Notes: generated by a model not told the origin, from the sequence alone. 64,000 nucleotides of DNA from Candidatus Heimdallarchaeota archaeon (GCA_018238545.1 JABCTC010000006.1:1-64000); one strand, 5' to 3'. Positions 52,030 to 63,190 are shown, counted from the stretch's first letter. Program-made: numbers and translations.

Positions 52030-53031
52030 ATGGGGCATAGAAGGGTAAGTGCTCCCCATCGAGGATCTCTAGGATATCGAAGGGTAAGAGCAAGAAGAAC
52101 AGTACCTGCACCTCGCGCATGGCAAACATACGAGGGTGCTCCTAAGTTACTAGGTTTTCTTGGTATTAAAGCTGGAATGACACATTGCGAATATCTTGAA
52201 GATAGACCAAGAAGCCATTTAGTAAATAGGGAAGTTACTGTAGCGGTAACATGTATTGAAACACCACCAAATGTTGTATTTGGTTTACGTGGTTATAAAA
52301 AATCACCTTATGGTCTCAAAATTGTTGCTGATTTAATTACAACAGAGACAAAGGAAGAGCTTAAAAGAAGGGTTAAACTTCCTAAACAATACGATCTTGA
52401 GAAAGCAAAGAAAAATTTTGAAGACCACCTTGAGGAAATAGTTGAACTAAGAGCAATTGTTCATACTCAACCTTATCTCACAGGAGTTGGTATGAAGACG
52501 CCTCAAATTGCAGAAATTAAAATTGGTTGCTCAAAAATTGAGGAAGGATATCAGTATGGTATTTCTCTTCTTGGGAAAGAAGTGCTTATTCGAGATGTAT
52601 TCAAAGCTGGTGAATTTGTAGATTCTATTGGTGTAACAAAAGGAAAAGGTTTCCAAGGACCAGTAAAACGACATGGAATAAAAATCCTCCAACACAAGTC
52701 AAAAGCAACTAAAAGGGGAGTAGGTTCAATCGGTCCATGGACACCTTCAAGAACAATGTGGACTATTCCAAGATCTGGTCAGATGGGTTTCAATATTAGA
52801 ACCGAGTATAACAAAAGGATAATGCAGATTGGTTCTGATGGATCACAAATCGTTCCTAAGGGAGGATTTGTAAGATACGGTGTTGTGAAAAACAATTACG
52901 TTTTGCTTAAAGGATCTGTTCCAGGTCCTAAAAAGCGTACAATTCTACTAAGAGAACCTGTTAGAAAAGCTCCACAACCTGAGAAAGAGCCACAAATACT
53001 CTATATCTCAACAAGGAGTCAACAAGGTTAG
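52030..53031 (+). CDS. rpl3: Ribosomal protein uL3
   Basis: KAGMTH, TKGKGFQGPVKR, GQMGF. Confidence 0.97.
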   Translation: MGHRRVSAPHRGSLGYRRVRARRTVPAPRAWQTYEGAPKLLGFLGIKAGMTHCEYLEDRPRSHLVNREVTVAVTCIETPPNVVFGLRGYKKSPYGLKIVADLITTETKEELKRRVKLPKQYDLEKAKKNFEDHLEEIVELRAIVHTQPYLTGVGMKTPQIAEIKIGCSKIEEGYQYGISLLGKEVLIRDVFKAGEFVDSIGVTKGKGFQGPVKRHGIKILQHKSKATKRGVGSIGPWTPSRTMWTIPRSGQMGFNIRTEYNKRIMQIGSDGSQIVPKGGFVRYGVVKNNYVLLKGSVPGPKKRTILLREPVRKAPQPEKEPQILYISTRSQQG

Positions 53032-53047
53032 GATTGAGGCGATAAAG

Positions 53048-53845
53048 ATGAACACAAAAATATATTCCATCAAAGGAAAAAAACTTTCGGAAACAATTGA
53101 ACTACCAGAAGTATTCCAAACACAATTGCGACCAGATATAATTAAAAGAGCTGTACTTGCTGAACAAACCTGGAAGAGACAGCCAAAAGGCGTTAGTCCT
53201 ATGGCTGGAAAATCAGTTGCTGTTGAGAATTGGGGACCTGGTCGTGGTGCTGCAAGAGTTCCAAGAATAAAAGGTTCTAGAACACACAGTGCTCAACGAA
53301 CAGCTTTTATCCCACAAGCACGAGGCGGTCACAGGGCCCATCCTCCTAGAGCAGAGAAGAAGATAATAGAAAAAATCAATCGAAAGGAGCATCTAATTGC
53401 TTTGAAATCTGCTATAGCATATACAGCACAAAAAGAATCGGTGGGTCAAAGAGGGCATCGTTTTGATGATAAAACTGACTTCCCAATTGTTATTGAGTCA
53501 AAAGCAGAAGAACTGGCAAAGACTCAAGAGGTTGTTACACTGTTAGATAATTTAGGTCTATCTTTGGAATTATTAAGGGTGAAATTTGGTAAAAATGTTC
53601 GCCCTGGCAAAGGCAAAGGAAGAGGGCGTAAATACAAAGTACCTGTTGGTCCTTTAATAGTAGTAAGTAATAGTGAATGTTCTTTGGTCAAAGCAGGAAG
53701 AAATATTTTAGGTACCAATGTTGTTACTGTAAACAAACTTACAACTGAACTTTTAGCTCCAGGAACTCAACCTGGAAGACTAACAATCTGGACAGAAGAT
53801 GCAATAAAATCTTTGAATGAACGCTTTATTTCAGGTGATAAATAA
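53048..53845 (+). CDS. rpl4: Ribosomal protein uL4
   Basis: WGPGRGAARVPR, LAPGTQPGRLT. Confidence 0.97.
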   Translation: MNTKIYSIKGKKLSETIELPEVFQTQLRPDIIKRAVLAEQTWKRQPKGVSPMAGKSVAVENWGPGRGAARVPRIKGSRTHSAQRTAFIPQARGGHRAHPPRAEKKIIEKINRKEHLIALKSAIAYTAQKESVGQRGHRFDDKTDFPIVIESKAEELAKTQEVVTLLDNLGLSLELLRVKFGKNVRPGKGKGRGRKYKVPVGPLIVVSNSECSLVKAGRNILGTNVVTVNKLTTELLAPGTQPGRLTIWTEDAIKSLNERFISGDK

Positions 53846-54105
53846 TGGATCCGTACAAAATAATAGTAAAACCCCTTATCTCTGAAAAAGACTTCGAGTT
53901 AATTGAGAAAGAGAACAAGTTAGTTATCCAAGTTGCTCTGACCGCTACTAAGCACCAAATTAAAGAGGCGATGGAAAAATTGTACGAGGTTCAAGTTCTC
54001 AAAGTAAACACCTTGATCACACCAAAAGGAACAAAGAAAGCTTATGTAAAACTAAGCGAATTCGATGATGCTGCAGATATAGCTTCACGAATGGGATTAT
54101 TCTAA
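53845..54105 (+). CDS. rpl23: Ribosomal protein uL23
   Basis: KVNTLITPKGTKKAYVKL. Confidence 0.97.
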   Translation: MDPYKIIVKPLISEKDFELIEKENKLVIQVALTATKHQIKEAMEKLYEVQVLKVNTLITPKGTKKAYVKLSEFDDAADIASRMGLF

Positions 54106-54119
54106 AGGAAGTGAATTAG

Positions 54120-54857
54120 ATGGGTAAGAAAATATTAGTCCAAAGACGAGGTAGAGGAACATCACAATTCCGAGCTGCTTCCCATAAGAGAAAAGGTAGT
54201 GTCAAATATAGAAAAATTACCAAAATTGAATATACTGACGAAATAATAATCGGTTCAGTAAAGGATATTGTACATGACCCTGGAAGAGGAGCGCCTGTAG
54301 CAATAGTTCTTTTTCAAGATGGATTGAAAAAAGTGATACTGCCCTCTGAAGGATTAAGAGTAGGACAAACTATCGAATATGGTACTGGTGCATCAGCTGT
54401 TATCGGTAATACAATCCCCTTACAAGCAATTCCTGATGGATCTCCTGTCTTCAATATAGAATTAACCCCTGGAGATGGAGGTCGTTTAATCCGATCTAGT
54501 GGCGGATATGCAACTATCTTAGGTCGTGATAAAGGAAAAGTAACTCTTCAATTACCAAGTGGTGAAATGAAAGAAATTCCTCAAAGGTGCCGAGCAACAA
54601 TTGGTATTGTGGCAGGCGGAGGAAGAACCGAAAAACCATTTGTTAAAGCAGGAAATAAACATCATCTCAAAAAAGCAAAAGGGCATTATTATCCAAGAGT
54701 GAGAGGTGTTGCTATGAATGCGGTTTCTCATCCACATGGTGGTGGTGCACATCAAAGCCCTCCACGTGCAACAACCGTTTCAAGACATGCTCAACCTGGA
54801 AGAAAAGTTGGTCTTATTGCAGCAAGAAGAAGTGGAAGAAGAAGAGGCAAGAAATAA
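54120..54857 (+). CDS. rpl2: Ribosomal protein uL2
   Basis: HDPGRGAP, VRGVAMNAVSHPHGGG. Confidence 0.97.
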   Translation: MGKKILVQRRGRGTSQFRAASHKRKGSVKYRKITKIEYTDEIIIGSVKDIVHDPGRGAPVAIVLFQDGLKKVILPSEGLRVGQTIEYGTGASAVIGNTIPLQAIPDGSPVFNIELTPGDGGRLIRSSGGYATILGRDKGKVTLQLPSGEMKEIPQRCRATIGIVAGGGRTEKPFVKAGNKHHLKKAKGHYYPRVRGVAMNAVSHPHGGGAHQSPPRATTVSRHAQPGRKVGLIAARRSGRRRGKK

Positions 54858-54947
54858 TTTTGCCCTTTTATTTTTTATTTTTACATTTTTTAATAAACAT
54901 AGTCATTAAAAACCCAAGGCTAAGATATATTGATAAGGAGTATTAGA

Positions 54948-55691
54948 ATGACAAGTAAGAAAACATACGGAGATGTCGAGTTTATATTTGAAAAACCTCA
55001 AAACTTTGAAGGTTGTGTTCTCTTAAACGGATGGCATGGGATCGGAGAATGTGGCTTTATATCGATGAGTCATTTAGTTGAAAACCTAGGATTAGAACGC
55101 ATCGGTTTCATCATTACAAATAACCTACCTCAGTTTATTTCTATCAAAAATGAGCAAATTACTTTTCCATTTGAAATTTATCGCAAAGATAATTTAGTCG
55201 TAATATTGCCCATTTTTGAACCAATAAAATCTGAACATTTGCTTTTTACCAAAACTATTGTTGAATGGTCTATTGAAGAGAAATTCCAACAGGCTATTCT
55301 TATTGGCGGGTTGGATAAGCGTTTGCAAGGTGAACATGCTGTCAAGGGGATTTACACCCGTTCTTTCAAAAGGGACACTTCTATTTCTTCTATCCCTGTT
55401 CTTGATGAAGGACTATATGTAACTGGTCCCTTAGCTTACATGCTCATGTTTTACGAGCTCAATCAATTCCCCGCTGTAGCTCTCTTACCATATGCGGAAA
55501 GATCACGACCTGATCCTGTTGCCGCAAGTGTAGCAATAGAACAGATCAATCTCTTATTAGGTATTGGAATTGACACAGAAGGATTGCTGAAAGAAGCAGA
55601 AAAGATAGAGAAGGAAATCGAGTCGTTAATCCAAGCAAGCAAACCTACAAGGGATAGAGATAAAGATTCTGATCAAGGAATGTTTGTGTAG
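54948..55691 (+). CDS. PAC2 family proteasome assembly chaperone
   Basis: GWHGIGECG, IGGL, PDPVAA; C-terminal GMFV. Confidence 0.85.
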   Translation: MTSKKTYGDVEFIFEKPQNFEGCVLLNGWHGIGECGFISMSHLVENLGLERIGFIITNNLPQFISIKNEQITFPFEIYRKDNLVVILPIFEPIKSEHLLFTKTIVEWSIEEKFQQAILIGGLDKRLQGEHAVKGIYTRSFKRDTSISSIPVLDEGLYVTGPLAYMLMFYELNQFPAVALLPYAERSRPDPVAASVAIEQINLLLGIGIDTEGLLKEAEKIEKEIESLIQASKPTRDRDKDSDQGMFV

Positions 55692-55705
55692 ACGAATAAA
55701 AAAAG

Positions 55706-55798
55706 TGGCGGACCAGACAGGATTTGAACCTGCGAACCCCGGCTTTCTTCAATAGATTTCCGGAGGCCGGTGCCTTATCCAGACTAGACTACTGGTCC
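55706..55798 (-). tRNA. tRNA-Arg(CCG) with a 15-nt intron at 37/38 (55745-55759)
   Basis: CCGGC-CTCCGG-[AAATCTATTGAAGAA]-A-GCCGG; relaxed BHB; CCA encoded. Confidence 0.88.
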
Positions 55799-55854
55799 AT
55801 TTTCTTTTTCAAATAATGTAGAATTTATTAAAACTAATTCATTGGTATAAAAAA

Positions 55855-56970
55855 CTAAATGTCGTAAGAGAAATCCTCCTCCTCTTGGAGTAGAAACTCT
55901 TCAGAAATTGACAATTTAGCAACATCTTTGAATTTTTCTTTGGTTTTGAGCATAGTTAACACCATAGTCTTCAAAGCTTCTACAAGTTCTTCTAATCCCT
56001 TACCTTCCATAGTAGAAACGTGATATTCCGTTTTGAACTCAGCTTTAGCTTCTTTAATTTGCTCGTCAGTGAGCAGGTCTACTTTGTTAAGTACTCTAAT
56101 AGTAGGATTATCACTGAACTCATTGGAAATATCCTCAAGCAAATTATTCTGTTCTTTAGCAGATAATTCGGCCTTTTTTGAGTAATCAAACATGTATACA
56201 ATAACATCTGAAATATGCTTGATTGAAGCAATACTTTGAAGTTCAATTAAACTGCGTTCATCAAAAGGACGATCAAGTAAACCAGGTGTATCAACAATCT
56301 GAACGAGAGTTAAGCCAAAATTTGCATGACCAAACACTATCTGTTTTGTAGTAAAAGGATATTCACCCACTTCAGGTGATCCTGAGGAAATACACCTAAC
56401 AAGAGAAGATTTACCAACATTAGGGGCACCAGCAATGACTATCGTAGGGAGGATAGTATTAAAATCGGGTACAGATTTCAATTTTTTAACAATTCGGATA
56501 AGATACTTCACATCTCCACGAGCCTTTTTAACAAGAGACACATATCTACCTCCTGTTTCCTTTCTTATTGAAGCCATAACAATAGGGTGATTTGTATCAT
56601 TTAGTTTCTGTAATTGTTCCCTCTCAATTTCACGTAACTGATTAGACATGCCTTTTAATCTGCCAAGTACCTTCTTGATTTTGTCAACACTCCCCACTAA
56701 ATTACAAAGTTCTTGATAAAATGGATGAATATCTTCAACCCAAGGAAACAGATTAATTATGCTATCAATCTTTCTGGTTAATTCATCTGTTAAGGTATTA
56801 ATTCTATCTTTTTCAAGAAAAGAAAGTTTTTGTTCTCTGCTAATTCTTTTCTTAATACGTGTTCGTCTAATAGCTTGGCTTTGTTGAAAAGCATTGTCTA
56901 TGATTTCATCTATGGGAGAGATATAAGTAACCCTTCTAAACGGGTTGCTTGTTTTAGGGTCATTTTTCAA
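55855..56970 (-). CDS. NOG1-family GTPase
   Basis: HPFY, GAPNVGKSS, YPFTT, DTPGLLDR, NKVD. Confidence 0.93.
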   Translation of the reverse strand: MKNDPKTSNPFRRVTYISPIDEIIDNAFQQSQAIRRTRIKKRISREQKLSFLEKDRINTLTDELTRKIDSIINLFPWVEDIHPFYQELCNLVGSVDKIKKVLGRLKGMSNQLREIEREQLQKLNDTNHPIVMASIRKETGGRYVSLVKKARGDVKYLIRIVKKLKSVPDFNTILPTIVIAGAPNVGKSSLVRCISSGSPEVGEYPFTTKQIVFGHANFGLTLVQIVDTPGLLDRPFDERSLIELQSIASIKHISDVIVYMFDYSKKAELSAKEQNNLLEDISNEFSDNPTIRVLNKVDLLTDEQIKEAKAEFKTEYHVSTMEGKGLEELVEALKTMVLTMLKTKEKFKDVAKLSISEEFLLQEEEDFSYDI

Positions 56971-56972
56971 TA

Positions 56973-58103
56973 TTAATCACTTTCTGAATCTAGCACTGTC
57001 ATGTCAATTTCGTGTTCAAAGTACTTGGGAAGACACTTTATTACTTCTTTTCGTTGAGTTTTATGTTTTTCTTGATACTTCAGTACCATCTCAAGTAAAC
57101 GGGGCTTACAATCAAGACCACAAATAAGTTTACCACCTAAACAGCCTTGACGAGTTTCCTCTAAATCATCATCATCTTGAATGAAAAATTTTTCAAACCA
57201 ATCAAAAATTGTACAAATGGTAGGATTTGCTCCAAGTTCTCTTTGTTCTTTAACTGTAGTTCTTCCACCAGTGAAAGCGCCCATTATCTTTTTCTTTACA
57301 GTCTTAGGATCATCTCTTAGGAAAACACATGTTTCAGGAGATGATGAAGACATAGGTCCCCCTGTAAGACCCTTCATATACCTGATGTATAAAGAGGCGG
57401 GCAAAGTAATTTTACGCTTTCGAGCAATGTCTCGAGTTAAGCGCATGTATACATCCTGATCAAGACCAATTGGAACAACAACTGGAAAATCATCATCTAC
57501 AGAGGGCTGGAGAATATGAGCTGCTTGAATGCAGGCATAATAAACAATACCCGCATTTTCCTCACCAGTTAGACCTAAGGCAGCTTTAATGGCATTATAT
57601 GTTTGGTTAATAGAAAACGTCAAAGCAAGATAATGGATTCTTGGTGTAACACTGGAAATGTAGGCATGAACATTATTAGGATTAAAACCTACTGCAAAAA
57701 TGTCAATAGCATTCTCCAAAGCAGGTTTATATGTATTTTCCAAGTTTTCAACTTTGCGAAAAACATACTTCTCGTCATCAGATAGGGGCATATAAAATTT
57801 ACAATCATATTTCTTTTGCAAGTAACGTATTAATTCAAAAAGAATCAAATGACCAAAATGTAAATCGTTTGATGGACCACGACCGCTGATAATGGCAAAT
57901 CCTTTGTTTTGTTCAATTCTGCTAAGGATTTTATCAAAGTCTCTATGTGCAAAGACTACTCCTCTCCTAAATAACAAGTGATCCTCTCCTATTCGAGGTA
58001 AAACATTATCTATTTTAGCAATACCAAACTCTTTGAGAATAGTTTCGTAATCCGTCCTTTTCTCTATCTCTCTATTTTCTACAATCTTGCTCATTCTAAA
58101 CAC
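56973..58103 (-). CDS. trpS: Tryptophanyl-tRNA synthetase
   Basis: GRGPS..LHFGH, DDEK, GLDQD, MSSS, AFTGGR. Confidence 0.93.
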   Translation of the reverse strand: MFRMSKIVENREIEKRTDYETILKEFGIAKIDNVLPRIGEDHLLFRRGVVFAHRDFDKILSRIEQNKGFAIISGRGPSNDLHFGHLILFELIRYLQKKYDCKFYMPLSDDEKYVFRKVENLENTYKPALENAIDIFAVGFNPNNVHAYISSVTPRIHYLALTFSINQTYNAIKAALGLTGEENAGIVYYACIQAAHILQPSVDDDFPVVVPIGLDQDVYMRLTRDIARKRKITLPASLYIRYMKGLTGGPMSSSSPETCVFLRDDPKTVKKKIMGAFTGGRTTVKEQRELGANPTICTIFDWFEKFFIQDDDDLEETRQGCLGGKLICGLDCKPRLLEMVLKYQEKHKTQRKEVIKCLPKYFEHEIDMTVLDSESD

Positions 58104-58271
58104 CTTTTACAAAATGAGAATAAAATACTTTTCAAAGAATAGCGATTTGGTCTGTCCCCTATAGAAATTTTGCAGTTGATAAAACAGGGGAAAGTCAATG
58201 CCAGTCCAAGTTACCACGCTCAATATCTTTTTACAAAAAAGTCTTTATAAGATTGTCGAACAAATAAAATA

Positions 58272-59696
58272 ATGATGGAAACTTGGAAAAAGATCTATCT
58301 AGAAGCATCAAAATCGATTGACGATGATAGTATTCGTTCCAAAGGTGTCATATTAGGATTTAATGTCAACATAGACAAAGTTATCAAAATAACTCCTGAA
58401 ATCCTCTCAAATATTCCACAGACAACTAGAGTAAAAAATAGATTATCAGGCAATAGTAGTCCAAAAGTAATTACGAATATTGAAGAATTGCTTATTTGTC
58501 TACTTCAATCAATTAACGAAGGTAAAGCAGATGAGGTTCTCATAAGTTCAGATGAGGTTGCTATCTGGATAGAGGAGCACTTTGTGATCTCAAGAACATT
58601 GTTGGGGGGTCAAGCAGGAATAATGGCAAACCTGTTGAGAAAAATTGAAGTAAATCCGGTATTGTTAAGCATGCCAATTTCAAGTCCCAATTTAACTAAA
58701 TTGCTTGATTCATCAATTATTGACCCAATTACAAGCTATGATAAATTTCAATTAGAATCAAAAAATGCTTCAGAGAAGATCGAACCAATAACACACTATG
58801 TTTTTGAGTTCTCTAAAGGTCAGTATTCGGTCGGTGACAGGATAATTAATTGCGAAAGATCAAACCGCTTTATTGGTTCATATGATAAAATAAATTCCCT
58901 ACTTATGTTTTCAGAGGAATTTAGTGAATATAGTATTAATAACATATCAAATTATACCTTATGTGTTATAGCAGGATTTCATCTCATTAATTTGGGAAAT
59001 AGTTCTTCTAAATCTTATGCAGAGTTTTTCGAACCTGTACTAAGTTTAATAAGAAAATGGAAAGAAAGAAAACCTTCTCTAATTGTTCATCTAGAACTTG
59101 CTGCAGTAAAAGATGGTGTTTTGAAACAAGCGATAATTGATAATCTATTTACAGTTGTTGATTCTATTGGATTAAATGAACAAGAACTTGTATCTTTTCT
59201 ACATTGTATTGATAAATCTCTTTCAATATCTTTGCATTCAACCATGTCTTCGATTAATATATTCAAAGGAATGCACGCTATTTTTTCCAAGTACCCTCAC
59301 ATCCGGCTACATCTTCACTATCTTGATTATTTTTTGCTTTTATCCCCTTTAATCTCAGAAGAATCTGCTCTTATGCGAAAAAATTCATTGGTTATTTCTT
59401 CACTTTTTGCTGCAACTAAAGCAAAAAACGGAAGTATAGATAGATTATCAGACACAAAACTGATTGATTATAATATATCGAAAAAAGGTTTAGAAGAGTT
59501 GCAGAATCTAGAAAATTATCTAGTAAACGAACGGGATGGTGATAATAGTTTCATAAATAATGGTTACATACAAACAAAATCATTTACTATGGTTGGAACC
59601 CCAACCATAGTTGTACCATCTCCAAAGTACTTGGTAGGCCTTGGAGATACTATTTCTCTGGTGTCACTTTTGTATGAATTCAATAAACTTGACTAA
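58272..59696 (+). CDS. ADP-dependent glucokinase/phosphofructokinase family
   Basis: GFNVNID, GGQAGIMANLL, NRFI, HLELA, SIGLNEQEL, VGLGDTIS. Confidence 0.92.
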   Translation: MMETWKKIYLEASKSIDDDSIRSKGVILGFNVNIDKVIKITPEILSNIPQTTRVKNRLSGNSSPKVITNIEELLICLLQSINEGKADEVLISSDEVAIWIEEHFVISRTLLGGQAGIMANLLRKIEVNPVLLSMPISSPNLTKLLDSSIIDPITSYDKFQLESKNASEKIEPITHYVFEFSKGQYSVGDRIINCERSNRFIGSYDKINSLLMFSEEFSEYSINNISNYTLCVIAGFHLINLGNSSSKSYAEFFEPVLSLIRKWKERKPSLIVHLELAAVKDGVLKQAIIDNLFTVVDSIGLNEQELVSFLHCIDKSLSISLHSTMSSINIFKGMHAIFSKYPHIRLHLHYLDYFLLLSPLISEESALMRKNSLVISSLFAATKAKNGSIDRLSDTKLIDYNISKKGLEELQNLENYLVNERDGDNSFINNGYIQTKSFTMVGTPTIVVPSPKYLVGLGDTISLVSLLYEFNKLD

Positions 59697-59807
59697 TCAG
59701 AGAGAACATTATTCGCTGTTTTAGTAAATGCTAATTGATTTCTCGGTGTTTAAATAACTTCTTCTAATAAAGATAATGAGTTTCAATTCAAATTAAATAA
59801 TTCGAAG

Positions 59808-61217
59808 TTGACGACAATGATGACTGTAGATCACCTTTCAGAAGAAAAGCAAAATTCTTTAGATTGGAAGCAGAATAATGATATTATTACAATACAAGTA
59901 TTCGAGATTAGTTTGAATAGGAGTCGAGATCAACTAGCAAATTTGTTAACGGAATTAAAGTCAAAAAACGTAATGTTTACTTTGAAAATAACAAGAAACA
60001 ACCTTTTTCTCTTGATTTATTCTCTGAACAATTCAGGAAATACAAACAAAGAAACTGGGTTGATAAATCATGTTGTGCAAACTTATTCTCTCAATGATAC
60101 AGTTAATGTAGAGGATTTTTTCATTCAAAATGTGAAGAAAGTAGTTCAAAAGGATTACATTCTACAATTCTTTCATGAAGGTGAAAAACAGTCCTATGCA
60201 CTAGGGCTTTTGCTTTCTTCAATAGATTCAGATTCTAATAGTTTTTTGAAGCATTTTACTAATTTCATGGTTAATCTTGTGAAAGCTGATATTTTCTCAA
60301 TAATTATTTCTTCTATCCCATCAATTGACAGAACAGCTTCAATACGCTCAAAATGGGCGCTAATGCTTCTCGCTCAATCTGATAACCGAATTCAGATAGA
60401 AAAAAAGGAAGAAACATTTCATCGTTTCCTAAATGCGAATTCATCAAAACTACATTGTAAATTATCATATATAACAAAGAAAGAATTCGTGAGGCACAAA
60501 ACAAATTTTAGATACCTTGTTCCTTGGCATTATCATAAAGGCGATTTTGCAGATAATATTGAGATAAACAAATTACTGATATTTGATAACAATTCTCTTA
60601 ATCCAACAGTAGAGCATTACACAAATACACTTAGTACAACCCAATCTACTCCAGTTAAAGAAAAACTAATAATCAAAGAAGCTCGGGTGGTTAAACGACC
60701 CTTTCCTTCTGTCAAAGCTTCAAAACCTAGCAAACACATTTCTCCCCCAGTAATTGTTGAAGCGGAGAGAAAACCCAATTTTACAAGAATGAAGAGGGAC
60801 AAATATTTGGTAAGTAATTTAGACGATATTTCTATTCCTATGCCAAAAACAATGAATGTTGTTTTTGATTTAGAGTATTTGAAGGTAAGAATTAGCAAGA
60901 TGTTTAAGGATTTCGAATTTAAAGAAACAGTGATTTTTGAGGATGATTTTGACTTGGTTCTTCGAAAAGGATCCTTTTATATATTTACTAAATTCTATAA
61001 GGAGATTCTAAATCAAGCTGAAGCCTATAAAATTATTGAACATTTAAGTAGTATAGCAGGGTTAAGGAACCAATTTTTATGTATTGTAGTTGCTGATACT
61101 ATAGAAGAAAAATCTATGAAGATTCTAAACGAGTTTAATGTGCTTCATTTAACGTTAAGTGATGTTTTACTTGAGGATACGCTGAAAAATAAGATTTACA
61201 ATACTATCTTAGCCTAG
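59808..61217 (+). CDS. Hypothetical protein; C-terminal restriction-endonuclease-like fold possible
   Basis: Long ORF; C-terminal FDLVLRKG...FTK pattern. Confidence 0.5.
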   Translation: MTTMMTVDHLSEEKQNSLDWKQNNDIITIQVFEISLNRSRDQLANLLTELKSKNVMFTLKITRNNLFLLIYSLNNSGNTNKETGLINHVVQTYSLNDTVNVEDFFIQNVKKVVQKDYILQFFHEGEKQSYALGLLLSSIDSDSNSFLKHFTNFMVNLVKADIFSIIISSIPSIDRTASIRSKWALMLLAQSDNRIQIEKKEETFHRFLNANSSKLHCKLSYITKKEFVRHKTNFRYLVPWHYHKGDFADNIEINKLLIFDNNSLNPTVEHYTNTLSTTQSTPVKEKLIIKEARVVKRPFPSVKASKPSKHISPPVIVEAERKPNFTRMKRDKYLVSNLDDISIPMPKTMNVVFDLEYLKVRISKMFKDFEFKETVIFEDDFDLVLRKGSFYIFTKFYKEILNQAEAYKIIEHLSSIAGLRNQFLCIVVADTIEEKSMKILNEFNVLHLTLSDVLLEDTLKNKIYNTILA

Positions 61218-61269
61218 AAAGATGGCTGTTTTTTACCACCTTTGTTTATAATGCTGCATCAATTATTGC

Positions 61270-61362
61270 GGATAATACAACTAGAAAACAGGGGAATGGC
61301 AGTTTCTTTCTTGTTGTCTTTTAGAATATTCTTACACTTCTAAGTATGCCTTAATAGAGTGA
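61270..61362 (+). promoter_or_regulatory. Conserved upstream element (copy D)
   Basis: CAGTTTCTTTCTTGTTGTCTTTTAG (61300-61324), CTTCTAAGTAT, GAGTGATG. Confidence 0.7.
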
Positions 61363-61368
61363 TGAATA

Positions 61369-61440
61369 ATGATGAAACAAACATATGACCCTGAACCTGG
61401 CGATGACGACATAGGACCACCGTTGTGGTTTCCTAATTAA
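61369..61440 (+). CDS. YDP-PPxW micropeptide copy 6 (MMKQTYDPEPGDDDIGPPLWFPN)
   Basis: Hand-translated; followed by a T-tract, then paralog 4 on the same strand. Confidence 0.75.
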   Translation: MMKQTYDPEPGDDDIGPPLWFPN

Positions 61441-61600
61441 TTTTTTTTCTTAATCTGTTTTGAATGGATAATTTATATCAATGGTTTTTACTTATTTATT
61501 ACCCGAGTTTATATATGAAATGTCGGATTAATTTATAGATAACTGTTGCGCGCATGTATTGAAAAAAATAATTGTGTAGTAAATCAGTTTTCAAAGAAGT

Positions 61601-63190
61601 TTGGTGAGAGTTGTGTTGGATTCTAATCTGTGGAACAAGATTAAATTAGTTAAAACAAAGGAAGATTTAAGACGTTTTATTGATGCCTTGAGAATTATTG
61701 CAGCTAATGAAAAATCAGAAGGAGTAAGAGATCTCATTAATGAAACGATTAAAAAATCTCTAGAAATTGAGGATGGTATTTCTCGTATTCATCTGTACGA
61801 ATTAGAAATAAAGCAGATTTTTCATCAAACTACAGAATTGCCTAAGGCCGAGAAAAAACTAATAAAAATGAAAAAACAGTCAATTGAGCAGAATTACAAG
61901 GATGGTTTAATTCTTAGCCTTTCAATTGAGTGGGGAATTGAAAAACTAAAGGGAAACAAAGAGAATAGTAGAAGAGCCATTACTCAATGCATGACTCTGT
62001 TAGGAAATAATAATGCTACCGACGAATATGTTTATCATATTTGCAGATACATTTATGCAACTGAACAGTGGATAGACGAGCACAACTACCAATGTTCAAA
62101 CATCCTTGAGGGGCTTATTCCTTATTTTCATCGAAAAGGTTTCCACAGAAGCATTGCACAAATTCTAGGAATGTTGTTAATTATATATCAACACACTCAA
62201 AATGAAGCAAAAGCAAGTTATATAAGCGAACAGTTATTTAGCAAAAAATACCAAATTAGTCAGCAATCTGATGATTTCCAAGTAATGTCTTATTATTTAG
62301 CTGGTGTAGGGCAATTATTGGGTCACAATTTGAAACAAGCAGAGAATCTGTTCAATGAATCTTATGTCTTGTTAAATAAACAACTACAGCAGAGCAGTTA
62401 CTATGCCTATTATTATATTAGATTATTATCCCATATTGCGATTGTTCAAGCTCTGCAAGGTAAAATTGCTCTTTCATATGAAAATATTGGAAAAGTTGAA
62501 AAACTGCTTGAAGATGATTTCTTTTCAAAAAATATGGACCCATATAGTAAGAAACAAGTTCCACACACTTTGAATTTAATCAAATTCTATGTAAAATCAC
62601 GTCTATATGGCTTCAAAACTGAGAATATTCAATAGCTTATAGGACAGATATGTAGAGGGATTGAAGGTAATTATAGTGATTCGATCCTTCTCAGTGAATT
62701 TATTCTGAATGCAGCATTAAATGAAAAACTGCTAGAAAAACTAATTGAATCAAATAACGCAAGTTTACTGCGAATTAAACACATCATAGAATATATGTTA
62801 CTAAAATCACAGAACAATGATGAAGATACTGTTGGTTCTTATAGAAACGCTCTAAATAGAAAATTGAAAACTAAACGGATTACTTTTATTGAACAAGTAT
62901 TTTCTAAGCTTCTACTTGCTCAAGAACTTTTCAGTAAGCAACAATATTCAGAAATCGCTCCTCTATTGAAGAAATACGAGCACAGACTACGGCGAATTGA
63001 AGTCCTGGAAATGCGGATTTTTATGGAAGCTTTTATCCAAGTAGGTGCATATAAGAACGGAGATCCGCTTGGTCCAGCTTTACAGTATATGGCAATAAAG
63101 AAATGTAGAGATTATGGGTTTTCTAGATTGGAAAACAAACTGCTAGATTACTTACAACTACAGCGAAAGGAGATAACAAGAACTAAATAG
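61601..63190 (+). pseudogene. Helical/TPR-like paralog 4, split by one in-frame TAG (62633-62635)
   Basis: Both ORFs share a frame; the intervening codons (LIGQ...YSDSILLSEFILN...RIKHIIEY) align with paralogs 1 and 2. Confidence 0.82.
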
